NCBI GenBank assembly: GCA_963693365.1
Contig: CAVNZM010000015.1
Span: 5,650,624 to 5,714,623, forward strand
Direction of reading: 5' to 3'
DNA: 64,000 bases
Source of the DNA: Amoebidium appalachense
Lineage: Eukaryota; Protista; Ichthyosporea
Under the pieces are notes generated by a model that was not told the origin of the DNA, searched no databases, and saw only the letters and a program-made list of their open reading frames with translations. A program made the translations under genes and the position numbers. Numbering within the stretch: position 1 is the first letter of the stretch; each line of letters starts with the position of its first letter. Shown here one piece after another: positions 1-29,399 of the stretch.

Positions 1-2
1 GT

Positions 3-10629
<10,627 letters not shown>

Positions 10630-11634
10630 CTTAGAAGCGCAGGAGGAGGAATGGTCAGCCATCTTTGTGTGCATGTGTGTGCGTGCACGTGTTTGAAGGC
10701 TATAGGTGCGGGTATACAGGTGTGTGTGTGTATGTCACATACACACACTCTGTCTCTCCTCTCTCTCTCTCTCTATCACTCTTCCCAACTCCTTTATCCC
10801 TTTCTCTATGTTTGCTTTATTGTCTCTATCTTTCCCTCTGTGTGTGTAAATGTGATTTTGCGTGCACAACCTATGCTGCAATACATGAGTGTTTGCATCA
10901 TCAGGCGTAACAGTTACGAATACCCATATCCACACCCAATGTTATGGCGTATTGGTTTTACACGACTAACCTTATACTTGTGTCTATTTTACCCTAAGTA
11001 CTAAGCACCAACTAAGAACTAAGGTACATATCCTATCTTGCAGTGTATTCTAACACTTTACTCTCCTTAAAGCTTTGCGTTCGACAAAAACAACGCAACG
11101 TAAAAGAGTTGTGTTTGTTTGCCTAAGGGAAAAAGCGCACTGCCACACTCAAGACTAAGAGAGAAGAGTCTTTCAAGAATGTGGCTTATGAGCCAGATAA
11201 AATAATAACCATAAAAGGCTATTTTGTAAGAACGCGTCAATCAAACTTGTGATGCTTACGTCACCTGGTCACGCCTCTGGCGGGGCGTGCGAAAAGTATT
11301 TTGAGCACAGATAAGATCACATGTCAGGAAAGAATAAAACACGTGCGCGTGTACAGACACGTGTGCAACCGCTAAAGGAGATGTTTCCATGGCATCAACT
11401 AGTTTTGCATGCGTGACTACTTAGTGACAAGCGCGAATGCACGTGTGCGTCAACCTTGCAGTGGTTGTGCTTGTTCACGTGTCACACCTTTACGATATAA
11501 AGTTTGTGTGCCTTTGCGTTTCTTGGCTTTATTTTCTCCTTTGTTCTAAAACAATCCACAATTATTATTTCAATGCAGCAGCTTCTATGTCTTTTAAACT
11601 GGTAGTAACATTCGTGCTTGGTCCAGCCTGCACA

Positions 11635-11677
<43 letters not shown>

Positions 11678-11781
11678 TGGGGCGAAGGAACGATCGACAA
11701 AAGTACGAGAGGAGAACTGTTACATATATGAAACATCAAGAGAAAGTCAAAACAACCCGCTGAGAGAGACCGGCCCCCGAG

Positions 11782-11842
<61 letters not shown>

Positions 11843-11885
11843 ACACACAACGTGTACAGATATAAACGAGAAAGTGCACTTCGCC

Positions 11886-18952
<7,067 letters not shown>

Positions 18953-19309
18953 CCTTCCTTTATCCTTCCTGTGTAAAAACTGCCCCCTGCCTCTTCTCTC
19001 ACTATGCCTCCTCTCTCTCTCTCTCCCTCACTCTCTCGGTCTCTCTCCCTACAACTGTGCGCCCACTCTGTCCTCTGTGCAGGTGTAAGGCGACATGATC
19101 GGGCCTACAAAAGTATTAGTACACCCCGTATTTTCAACCATACAGATCTAGAGATTGAAATATACGGTATCGTGCCCTGCCCACCCGGCCGCCGTCACTT
19201 TTTGATCAGTTCCCGACGGGCGCGGATGCATGTTTTGCCAACCAGTGTCCAGTGGCCCGCCCTTCGCTCCTCTTGCCTATTCTCTGTACGTACATGTCCT
19301 TGTCGTCTC

Positions 19310-19343
<34 letters not shown>

Positions 19344-19879
19344 TCCCCCCTCCCCCCCCCCTCCCCCCCCCCCCCCCGCCCCCCTGCGCCCCCGTCCCCC
19401 CCAACGGACCACGCCCAGCTCCAACACCGTGTGCCCCGATGCACCCACCCACGTTGCACATACTCCCACTCCCTGACCTTGGGGCCGTGGCCTGTGCGCT
19501 TCAATACACGGGGGCCGACAAGACTCTGCACGGATAATGGCTGTGTGCTTGAGCAGGTGCAAGGGTGTGGACGTCTTGTGTGTGGAGGAGTATGCGGTAC
19601 ATGTGGGTTGGGGGTGGGGAGGCAGGGGAAGTAAACGGGGGGGGAGGATGTGTTTTTTCTTCTGGCTGCGTGCACACGTGGGTGTCGTTGTGGATGTTTG
19701 TTTTACTTAGTGCTCATAGTTTTTTGTTTTTTTTTTTTTTTGGGGGGGGGGGGGGGGGGGGAGGGGGAGGGAGGCGTCGACACATAGGGGTTTGTGTGTG
19801 GGTGATTTGGGGGAGCCTCGGGGGGAGGGGGGGGGGGGGGGGTTCTATGCATCTGGGCCGGGTGTGTGTGGATGCCATA

Positions 19880-19915
<36 letters not shown>

Positions 19916-20113
19916 GGGGAGGGGGGGAGGGAGGGAGGAAGATGTTCACCTGGGTATGAGTGTGAATGTTATTTTTTTTGGGGGGGGGGGGGAGGGGGGA
20001 GGGGGGGGAGGGGGGAATGCAAGCGGATTGGGGTAGGAGTGGTGGTGGTGGTGGGTGTGTGGGGGGTGGGTGAGGGGGTTTTGTCTATGCATCTGGGTGT
20101 GGTTGCGAGTCAT

Positions 20114-20144
<31 letters not shown>

Positions 20145-20642
20145 CTGTGCATGCCGTTGCATTTGTAAGCATGGCAAGGCCTCCTATATACCAACCAGGC
20201 CCTGCAATTGGGGATGTTGTTCTTATTCTGTTATCATATCCGTATAACGGGCTCAGTCTGTACGCTTGGTATAAGAAGCTAACAGGCTCAATTGGGGCTG
20301 GTACCCACCCAAAAATCGGCAGTATGGGGGAAAACGGAAATAAAAAATGTAAAAGCAGGAAGTGTTGTTTTGTTGGCCGGACTGCAAAGGGTGGAATAAC
20401 ATCCAGTACATGCAATGCAGTGTGGTTGTTTGTGTAGCTTTCATCCCCTTTTTTTTTCTTATTGCTTTCGAGACTCCCCCCCCCCCCCCTCCCCCCCCTT
20501 CCCACTTTCTATTCTTCTATCTTTTTCTTACAAATGAAGTGTCCCGTACTCTTTCCAGACTCTCTCTCTTTCTCCCTCCCTTCCTCCCTCTCTTTCTCGG
20601 AGTCTCTCCCTCCCTCCCTCCCTCCCTCCCTCCCTCCCTCCC

Positions 20643-20806
<164 letters not shown>

Positions 20807-20908
20807 TGTGTGTGTGTCCCTCATATCTCTCAATCTTTTCTTCTGGTCACCCAGTTTTTCCTTTTTCTTTTTTTCCTTTTTCCGTTTTGTGTTGCTGTTT
20901 TGGGCTTT

Positions 20909-20957
<49 letters not shown>

Positions 20958-21949
20958 CGGCATCTGTGTGTGTGGGGGGGGGGGGGGGAGGGGGGGGGGG
21001 GGGGAGGAGGGGGGGGGGGGCGAGGGGTACGATTGTAGGACGTCGGGAGGTGGGCTGGGCGGTTGTGATGGAGTGTAGCATGCTCTATTTTTGGAGTCGT
21101 GGGAGGGGGCGGGGGGGGGGGGGGGGGGGGGGGGGAGGGGTACTGCGGGTAAATATCAGAGAAGGATGAGAGAAGAACGAAGAATATATATCGAAAGACT
21201 GAATGGTCTCAAGCTTTAAGTGCATGGGAGCACGTCAGTATGCCGGTTGGCCTGAGGGGACCACCTAAGGGCCACTCAGGACTGTGAAGGACTCTTGGTG
21301 GTCAGGCCACCATGCCATGCATGGCGAAGCTGGCTTGTCATGGTTTACAAGGCTCACATGTGGCCAAGAAGGTGTGGAAGCACACGTTTGAATAACACGC
21401 GTAAGCGATATAAACACGCACGAATGTGTACCACACAGGCAGAGTACACACGCAAACTTGAGTGTGCACGGAGACAGACCTTTGTGCATATGGATGCCGC
21501 ACTCCACAATGTGCACCTGTAGGTAGATAGACGCTGATATCTTGACACGTCCTGGCTGTACCCTCGAGCCACCATATCATAGAAACTATGGTCTTTTTTT
21601 AAAGGCAGGATCAGTAGCGCATCGTCTGCAAAAAAAAAAAAAAACACAGGTGAACCATTCATATGTTCAGAGAACATCAGAATGACATTGAACCGGCGTT
21701 GTGCTTCACGGTTTTGGCGCGAACAGATCATGCACGGCAAAAGTTCGCCGCAAACCCTGAAACATTGCGCCCCGGATATTCATTTTCGACTCTCAAAAAG
21801 TCAGCTATTCAGGGCGATACATAATAGGATTACTGTATTTTTTTCTCCCGACTGGATTTACTCGACGGAAAGATATGCAAGTATGCACGGCATACTGAGA
21901 AGACAATAAAAACTTCACGAGTTATCCAGTAACAAGTGCATACTGAGAT

Positions 21950-22832
21950 AATTTACTCAATGTGACGACCAACAGAATTCAACAAAAAGTCTAGTGTTCA
22001 CATTGCCAGCTAGTGTAGCAGACACCCGTAGGGAAAGAGGTAAAACGCGACATAAAAACTCACACCTATCAACATGCTTGCGATTAAAAAGGTCAGCACA
22101 AAAGTGGCACCAGCGGCGATGAAAACAAGAATTACAGCGCCACTGCACAACTTCCCAGGCAAGATCAACATCAGAGCACCATACAGACTTATCTACTAAG
22201 GGTGGTATCCATACGTACAGCAGGAGAAATGTATCCTGCCAAAGCTCCCAAAAAGCGATAATGATCAGTACGGTGTTGCCTAAGGAACATAACACATGCC
22301 GACTGAGTTTTACCTTTGATTTCTCTATCAGAACGAGAAAGAAACTTATACTGCGTATGGTAATAACGCGAAAAGGCAGAAAAAACAGGAAGAGAAAAGA
22401 AAGAGGGAGTGAGATAGTGAGAGGAAGAATCAGGTTGAAAGAGGGTAGGCTGAGGACATTCAGAAGTAGCGTTGGTGAATCGAGGGGGAAGGGGGATGGA
22501 GGGAGGGGGGGGAAAGAAAGCATAAAGAGGGTGACCATCAGGTAGCCTAACTAAATGAAAACAAAAACGAAGAGACAATTCCTCCATACGACAAACAGCA
22601 GACGACAATCCAAACATACTGATTAAGGGAGGCACAAACCGAGTACGAAACAAAGTGCGCAGCGCAGTACCCTGAAAATCGTCGAACTCTTTCAGCGCCA
22701 TGGCCGCCTTGCGAGGTGGGGCGCAGGCCAATAGCGGAAGCCCACATTCGAAAGTCGGCCGTAAAAAAGTTTTATAGTAGAGAAGAAGGTTCGCAGGATG
22801 GATCACAGACTCCTGTTGAAACATATTTGACA
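21950..22832 (-). mobile_element. Non-LTR retrotransposon (LINE) copy 1, 3' part, degenerate
   Basis: IHPANLLLYYKTFLRPTFECGLPLL...LRFCFHLVRLP and a Cys/His-rich tail (WRCNSCFHRRWCHFCADLFNRKHVDRC) are homologous to the RT-bearing copy at 29.5-30.8 kb. Frameshifted; 3' end approximate. Confidence 0.85.
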
Positions 22833-22923
22833 CTCTATGAAAAACTACTCCGGGACGTGTGTTGCCTCTAGGGGGACATCCCCTTGGACGAAAGTGAACC
22901 TGCAATGGTTGTAAACCACGGCA
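22833..22923 (-). repeat. Split direct repeat B2
   Basis: Matches 23402-23492 by eye (ctctatgaaaaactactcc...aaccacggca). Confidence 0.92.
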
Positions 22924-23052
22924 AGCCCCCAGTCATCAATTTATTGATCCGTGAGGTCCATGTGCCCAAAAAACGGGGGAAGGCTTCGCCCCGTGAAAAA
23001 ACAGCACGTATGTGTGGATCAATGGGGGTTGTGTGTGGGTGTAGGTGGGTGG

Positions 23053-23492
23053 GTGAAAAGGAATATATAGCTGTAAGGCTGTGGATGCTAAACACAGAAG
23101 ATGTGTTTGTAGCTTGCTGATCTGCTAAAAACTGTCGTGCTTATATACCTAAGCCTACCGATCTGAACCAATCAAAAATCGATCTAGTGATATGTGAAAT
23201 CTGATCCGAGCCAATCATAACTCGGTCTAGTGATCTGTGGTATCTGATGTTTTGACTGGCTAATAGGTGCCCGTGTGCGGGCAGCCAACCGCTAACTGCT
23301 AAAACACGAAATGAAGCCTACATGGTTATGTTGGTATCGAACACCCATCCTACGTGTTTACCCAGAAAAATATTTATGTCAATAATTTCCACAAATAAAA
23401 CCTCTATGAAAAACTACTCCGGGACGTGTGTTGCCTCTAGGGGGACATCCCCTTGGACGAAAGTGAACCTGCAATGGTTGTAAACCACGGCA
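23053..23492 (-). repeat. Internal B1-A2 junction repeats
   Basis: A2 (23053-23402) abuts B1 (23402-23492), equivalent to the joined ends of the element. Confidence 0.92.
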
Positions 23493-23520
23493 CGAGAGCA
23501 GTATGCTTGCTCCAAAGGTT

Positions 23521-24720
23521 TCACTTAAGAATAGAGGCGAATACACGTGTGGTGGTGGCAGCAATGGAGGCCGGACGAAGTCGGGTATAGATCAGGAAGC
23601 AGTCGGAGGACCACCGGCCGAGTTGTTTGATCCGGGAGTCGTCGACCCCGGCCTCAGCCAGTGCTGTGGCCCCCCCGATGCGGAGGCTGTGTCCGGCAAA
23701 CCGGGAGGGTGAGAGGCCTGCCCGGGAGAGGAGGGCACGGAAATCGGCAGAGAAAGCACTCTTGGTGTAGGGGATGCCACCGAGACTGAAGAGGGGTTCG
23801 TCGGGTTGACCGGACGTTGTATCCAGGAACTGCCGGAGGAGATGGGCTGGGGAGAAGTGGGTGAGGGGCAGGGCAGCTAGGGTGACGTTGACACCTCGGG
23901 CCTGTACATCCGTCTTAGAGGTTGGCAGGTGGAGGGTGGCATGGGACAAAGTACCGGTGGGGGTGTAGCTGAAGGTCACGTCCTTCCGTTTAACGTGACG
24001 GGACGGGTCGAAAGAAGTCAGGGTCTTGGAGGTAAATTCCCCTGAACGGAGGAGACCACAGAAACCGACGATGAGGGCCGTCCATAGCCGGAGATTGGCC
24101 GAGGAGGCCTTGGTGGGGCACTGGCCGTGGAGTAGGTGGAGGTGGGAGGGGAGGAGGGGTTCCCTGGTGGATGAGCGGGGTCGGATGTTGTGAGAAAGCT
24201 GCCATCGGCCTACCCCCCGTAGGAACCAGGCCAGAGACTTGTCGTGGGGGTAGGGAGCAGGGAGGCCCATGTCGAGGTGGAGCCTGGTGATGGCCGAATT
24301 GTAGCCGGTTAAGGAAGAGGCCTGTACCCCTCGTTGGGCACACCAGGCGAGAAAAAGTTGCACGGTGTGTGGGGAGGCCGGGAGGGAGGACCCGGAGGAG
24401 GATTGCAGCCGAGATGCCACACAGAAATCGATGAACACTTTTTGCACCCGGGAGTAAAAGGCCCGAGAGTCGAGGTTGAGACTCAGGGCCTGGCATTCCT
24501 GCAGGGTAGTGGTGGCTCGAAGCAGCTCGGCCGGAGCAAAGTGGGGGGCCAATCTGCCAGTGTTGCTCCGGAACGGGAGATCTGGGGGGGGGGGGGGGGG
24601 GGGGTTAGCCCAAGGGAAGGGATAGGAACTCGTGGACCCAGGAGGGGAAGGGGCAGGGCTCCGGTTGCAGGGAAGGTCGGAGTCGTCGGGCCCGGGGAAG
24701 TTGGTTACGAGAAATGGCAT
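23521..24720 (-). CDS. Tyrosine recombinase of the YR retrotransposon (399 aa)
   Basis: Catalytic motifs LLRSGE (R), SKTD (K), GHSLRIGGAT (HxxR) and LGRWSSDCFLIY (W, Y); N-terminal core-binding-like region. Overlaps the pol 3' end. Confidence 0.95.
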   Translation of the reverse strand: MPFLVTNFPGPDDSDLPCNRSPAPSPPGSTSSYPFPWANPPPPPPPDLPFRSNTGRLAPHFAPAELLRATTTLQECQALSLNLDSRAFYSRVQKVFIDFCVASRLQSSSGSSLPASPHTVQLFLAWCAQRGVQASSLTGYNSAITRLHLDMGLPAPYPHDKSLAWFLRGVGRWQLSHNIRPRSSTREPLLPSHLHLLHGQCPTKASSANLRLWTALIVGFCGLLRSGEFTSKTLTSFDPSRHVKRKDVTFSYTPTGTLSHATLHLPTSKTDVQARGVNVTLAALPLTHFSPAHLLRQFLDTTSGQPDEPLFSLGGIPYTKSAFSADFRALLSRAGLSPSRFAGHSLRIGGATALAEAGVDDSRIKQLGRWSSDCFLIYTRLRPASIAATTTRVFASILK

Positions 24721-26288
24721 CGGCCAGATGGTTGAGGGGTCCTGGTAGGTAGGATGCCTGTAACGTAAATTGGTATTGCATTTCCATGCGGGTGATGAAC
24801 CGAATAAGTTTGGCCATCACGGGGTGGGGGGAAGACCGGGAGTGCAGGTCGGACACAGCACCCGTGTTGTCGCATAAAATACGGACATGGTGGGTGGACC
24901 AGGAGGGGGCCCAGAGGGCCACGGCGGCTGCGATGGCCAGGAGTTCGATGACGGAAGAACCGAGTTTACCCTCATGAGCATAGAGGGCTTGGGTGGAGGG
25001 GGACCAGGGCATGAAGAACCATTGGTCGAGCCAGTGGCCACCTAGACCCACCGATCCGGCAGCATCAGTGGCCAGGGTGGTGTATGTGGGGGGTGTGATG
25101 AGGTGCACCCCATTCCATGATGTGAGGAACTGGTGCCATTCGGCTATGTCGGCCCGGGCGGCAGCAGTCAGTCGTATGTGGTGGTGGCCGGCAAGGTGTG
25201 GGTGGGTCCGGAGAAGGGCCCATAGGCGCTGGGAGAAGGCCCTCCCGGGGGGAACCAGCTGGGCACACCAGGTGAGTTTGCCGAGGAGGGACTGGAGGTC
25301 CCGAATGGTGATGGTGGGCTTTGGGTGGGAAGTGAGGTCGAGTAGGTCCGAGAGCTTGGAAGCCGGGATTCGTGCCTCCATGGCGATGGAGTCGAATTCG
25401 ATACCGATGAAGACGACACGGGTAGCCGGGCCCTGCATCTTGTCTTCGGAGATGGCAATGTGCAGCTCTCGGCAGAGTTGCAGAAAGGTGGATAGGTGAC
25501 GTTGGCACTGCTGTTGTGTGGGGGCGACTATAATCCAGTCGTCTACGTAGTGGCGGATGAGGGTAATACCGTGCTGGTGTGCCAGCCACTGTAGGGTGGC
25601 CGCGATCCGTTCCCAGATGGCTGGGCTAGATTTCAGGCCGAAGGGCAGTCTGGTTTCAACGTAAAAATGCCCTTGCCATTTGAATGCCATTAAGTGGTGG
25701 TCTTCCGGTCGGATGGGCATGTGCCGGAAGGCAGCCTGCACATCTGCCACGGCCATGTAGCAGCCGGGGCCTGCGTCGAGAATGAGTTGGGTGACATCCC
25801 GGGCGCGAATGTACTGAAGTTCGTCGGGGTAGGTGATGCTGTCATTGACACTGCTACCCCGGGGCCAGGAGAGGTGGTGGATTCGACGGTACTTGGGGGG
25901 GTTCCCTTTCTTGGTAACGGCGCCGATGGGGGAGGAACGGTGGACGGGAAATTCGTCAAAGAATTGGGCCGGGGAGAGGGGGCCGCGCAGGTGGCCGAGG
26001 GCGACTTCTTTGGCAATATCCACCGTGATAGCGGCAGCTGCCTCCGGGGTGGTGGGTAGGTTGGGGCCCACCCGAGAGGTGGAGGGGCCGCGATAGCCGA
26101 TGTCGACGCCGAATTCGACATCGTGGAGGAGTTGTGCGGCGAATGGTTGGTCCGGGTAGGAGGCCAGCAGTTCCCGGAGGCGGGAGGTGTCAATGTGGTG
26201 CTGGGGCAGCGGGCGGGCCTCCGGGTCTGAGCCTCGGGGGAAGGGGGTGGTTAGCAAGGGTGGTGTACCCTTGGGGAGATCCCGGCAG

Positions 26289-26331
<43 letters not shown>

Positions 26332-26446
26332 CAGGGCCCCGGGGGGTTAGAGTAGGGCAGCTTGGCCCAAGTGAGGGTTGGCAGGGAGGGCAGCGGGGCC
26401 CTGTGCAGGGGAATGTGCCCGAGCACGCGGGGGTGTGGGCGGACAC
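24605..26446 (-). CDS. Reverse transcriptase / RNase H (pol) of the YR retrotransposon; true start unresolved
   Basis: RT motifs KYRRIHHLS, ADVQAAFRH, LPFGLKSSP, YVDD; RNase H motifs ATDAAG, ELLAI, CDN, NHLADAISR. The ORF begins at GTG. Confidence 0.95.
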
Positions 26447-26720
26447 AGCGGTAGAAGAAGGGGGGGAGGGAGTGCTAGGTGAGTGTAAGGGGGGGAGGCT
26501 CGTGGGATGGGGGGGGGGGGAGTAAAATTATGTGCAGTGGCCAGAATAAACGTCTTTGTATAGGGACATTTATTCTTGACGCGCGCGGGCGCCGTAGTTG
26601 GCCTGCGAAATTTTGTACTCAGCCCTATTGGCCCGTTCTCCCGAGCTCCGTTTTCCTGTACTCGTGTGTCCTAGCTCCGAACCCCTATGTTCTAGCTGTG
26701 TGTGTGGGTGTGAGCGTAGA

Positions 26721-27891
26721 CTAGGCATTGTGCTTGCAGTCTTTGCGGGGGTGTGTGCCAGAGCAGAGCGGGCACACGTGGGAGAAGGGGCAGGGCTGCT
26801 TAGCGCAGGACCGACCGTTAATGTGGAAATTCCTGCAGTGCGTCGCGGGTAGATCCACGGGTCGGGCCGGTTTGGCCGGGCCGGGTTGCGGGCCAGGGCG
26901 GTTAGGGGTGTGACCCCCGCCGGGCTTGTGGGGCGGCTTAAAGCCGTCAAGACCACAGCCGGGCTTGGGGTACATGGGGCAGGCCGCGCTGGGGTGGTCG
27001 GGGGAAGCCACAGCGCTGACATGCGTCCTGGATGAGCAGGGTGGGTGGCAGGAGGAGATCCTGGTGGAGTTGGGCGAGCAGGTTGGGGCACTCGATCGGA
27101 GCCCGACCCTGCTGGTGGGCCACGGTGCGGGCGTATACGTCATAGTTGTGGATCTGGGCCCACGGGTATCGGGTGCTGAGGCGAGTGATGTGCTGAGTCC
27201 AAAGTACGTCTTTGTCCGTGGGAAGGCCGAGGTGGTGCTTGGCGGCCATGTAATGGGTCCAAGCTTGGATCCAAATGACGAGTGAACGCAGGGGAACGGG
27301 TTTGTCTTGGCGAAAAGTCTCGATGCTGCCGTCGTCGGCCATGCGCAGATGCTGACCTTTCTTGGATGGGGCCAGGAGGGCGGCGGGGGTGAACTTATAC
27401 AGGTCGACGAAACGATTGGCGCGCAAATCTGCCAGCACATCCGCGGGGGGAAGCGGGAGTGTGCCCGGCTGAATGTCGCCAGTGTTCTCACCTGTGATGG
27501 GGGGCGCGGGCAGGGCAGGCAGGTCAAGGTCAGGGCCGAGATGCAGCCCCGGGGAAACCTCCCCGGGTGTGGAGGGCGCGGCGGGGGGCGCGGGAGGGTC
27601 GCGGTTGGTGAGAGCAGCCAGGACGCCAGCCATCTGGGTGCTGATGGCGGTGAGGGCGGCCAGGACGGCGTCTTGAGAAGTCATCTGCGGGGACGGCGGG
27701 GCCTGAGGGGGGACTTCAGGGGTGGAGGGGAGAGTAGCCGGCGGGTCCGGGTCCGTGGTGGTATGGGCCGCTGGAGGCGCGTCAGTGTCCGCGGGAGCGT
27801 TGGTCAGCCTGTGGCGGAGGTCGCTGCGGGTCAGGCGCTTAGGTGCCGCGACAGGGGCGGCGGCTGAGGCCTGGCGCTTTTTCGGCGGCAT
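26721..27891 (-). CDS. Gag-like ORF1 with C-terminal zinc fingers; one apparent frameshift at about 27000-27004
   Basis: ORF 27891-26947 joins ORF 27527-26721. Removing one C restores CQRCGFPDHPSAAC (CX2CX4HX4C), followed by CRNFHINGRSCAKQPCPFSHVCPLCSGTHPRKDC. Confidence 0.85.
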
Positions 27892-27930
27892 GCTGACCGG
27901 CGTAGGGAAAGATAGGGAGAATGAAAAGGA

Positions 27931-28280
27931 GTGAAAAGGAATATATAGCTGTAAGGCTGTGGATGCTAAACACAGAAGATGTGTTTGTAGCTTGCTGATC
28001 TGCTAAAAACTGTCGTGCTTATATACCTAAGCCTACCGATCTGAACCAATCAAAAATCGATCTAGTGATATGTGAAATCTGATCCGAGCCAATCATAACT
28101 CGGTCTAGTGATCTGTGGTATCTGATGTTTTGACTGGCTAATAGGTGCCCGTGTGCGGGCAGCCAACCGCTAACTGCTAAAACACGAAATGAAGCCTACA
28201 TGGTTATGTTGGTATCGAACACCCATCCTACGTGTTTACCCAGAAAAATATTTATGTCAATAATTTCCACAAATAAAACC
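27931..28280 (-). repeat. Split direct repeat A1 (5' end of the element)
   Basis: Matches 23053-23402 by eye. Confidence 0.92.
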
Positions 28281-28460
28281 GATGTGAAGCTTACCCTTCG
28301 CACGAGCGATCCGTGCCGTGAGGAGCTTGCGGAAATCAATACCCCGTGCAGTAAAAGATTGAATACCCAAATAGTCATAGGTGCTCTGAACAGGAATAGG
28401 AAGACCGGCCAATCGAAATGAAGTGTTCTAAGACGAAAAAGCACACTGTATTTTGGCACC
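28281..28460 (-). mobile_element. LINE copy 1, 5' part (end of RT domain), 5'-truncated
   Basis: Translates as GLPIPVQSTYDYLGIQSFTARGIDFRKLLTARIARAKGKLHI, homologous to QPIPIVSSYDYLGIPFTSKGIWFERLLTSRISRARGRLHI in copy 2. 5' end approximate. Confidence 0.85.
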
Positions 28461-29241
28461 TGGCTAATCGCCGCCTATTTTTGTCCGGAGATATTTACTT
28501 CTCTTTTACTTCCCTGTATCCGCGGCCGAGTATCCGATAAATGTATACCTATCCGGCGCCGGGGGGCCGAATGATTCATTGGCAATATCATAATCTTGCC
28601 TTTATATTACTCAGATATAAATCTCCTCTCATTTATTCCCAACAATCATGTGTCCATTATAACTACGTTGGCTGCTCCTTTCGAGCCTCACTAATATTAG
28701 CTGGCGTCTGTTGAACTATATATCTCTGAAATTTTGTAGAGTGAATGCAAAACAAAATACAACAGGCCCAGAAAGCACACTAAATTTAATATTGAGTGGA
28801 TAACCCTAAATGTGTGTGGTGCGCTACAAAACCGAAAAACAAACCCAACTTGAAGCTTTTATGGTTTAACGTAAACTTTCATTGAATCCAAAAAAAGCTA
28901 TAATTCAACAATACTTTTTAATCCAAAAACAGGTAAATGCGAGAGCACTTCTAACCAACAACAAAACAAGGCAAGCACACACGATGAGTGCGCGATTTTG
29001 GGCTTGGGACTGAATACGTTTTCGAGATTCCCCATACTGCCTCCATGCGCTTCACAGTGCAATCTGTACTCCCCCCCCCCCCCCCCCCCCCCCCCCAACC
29101 CACCCACCCACCCACCCACCCACCCACCCACAAGAACCAAAAAAAAAAAAAAAAGAAAAAAGAAAAAAAAAAAAAAAAGAGAAAAAACCCTTCCCACGTA
29201 TTCAACCCAGAAGAAGGCCCCACGGAACAGGGCGGGCGTGG

Positions 29242-29282
<41 letters not shown>

Positions 29283-29399
29283 AAAATGACTTTATTGATA
29301 TGCTCAGCAAAATAGAAGCCATCGAGATATCATCGATATCTCGGAGAAGAAAATACAAAAGCCCTCACTCTCGGATACGGAGGAGATAACGACTTAAAT

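Larger units (their letters stand above)
22833..28280 (-). mobile_element. Tyrosine-recombinase retrotransposon (DIRS order, Ngaro-like) with split direct repeats A1-gag-pol-YR-B1-A2-spacer-B2
   Basis: A1 27931-28280 matches A2 23053-23402 (350 bp); B1 23402-23492 matches B2 22833-22923 (91 bp). Encodes gag, RT/RNase H and tyrosine recombinase; no methyltransferase domain seen after RNase H. Confidence 0.93.

Noticed and set aside
20174-20188. 15-bp match gcaaggcctcctata with 34504-34518
   Set aside because: The similarity does not extend on either side; treated as chance.
23521-24720. Prophage or bacterial integrase contamination
   Set aside because: The recombinase overlaps an RT/RNase H ORF inside split direct repeats and the element interrupts a eukaryotic LINE.
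26926-27867. Plus-strand ORFs antisense to gag
   Set aside because: Expected by chance in GC-rich coding sequence; no recognisable motifs.
22833-28280. LTR retrotransposon, or canonical DIRS with inverted terminal repeats
   Set aside because: No DDE integrase or protease was seen, and the repeats are split direct rather than terminal LTRs or inverted repeats.
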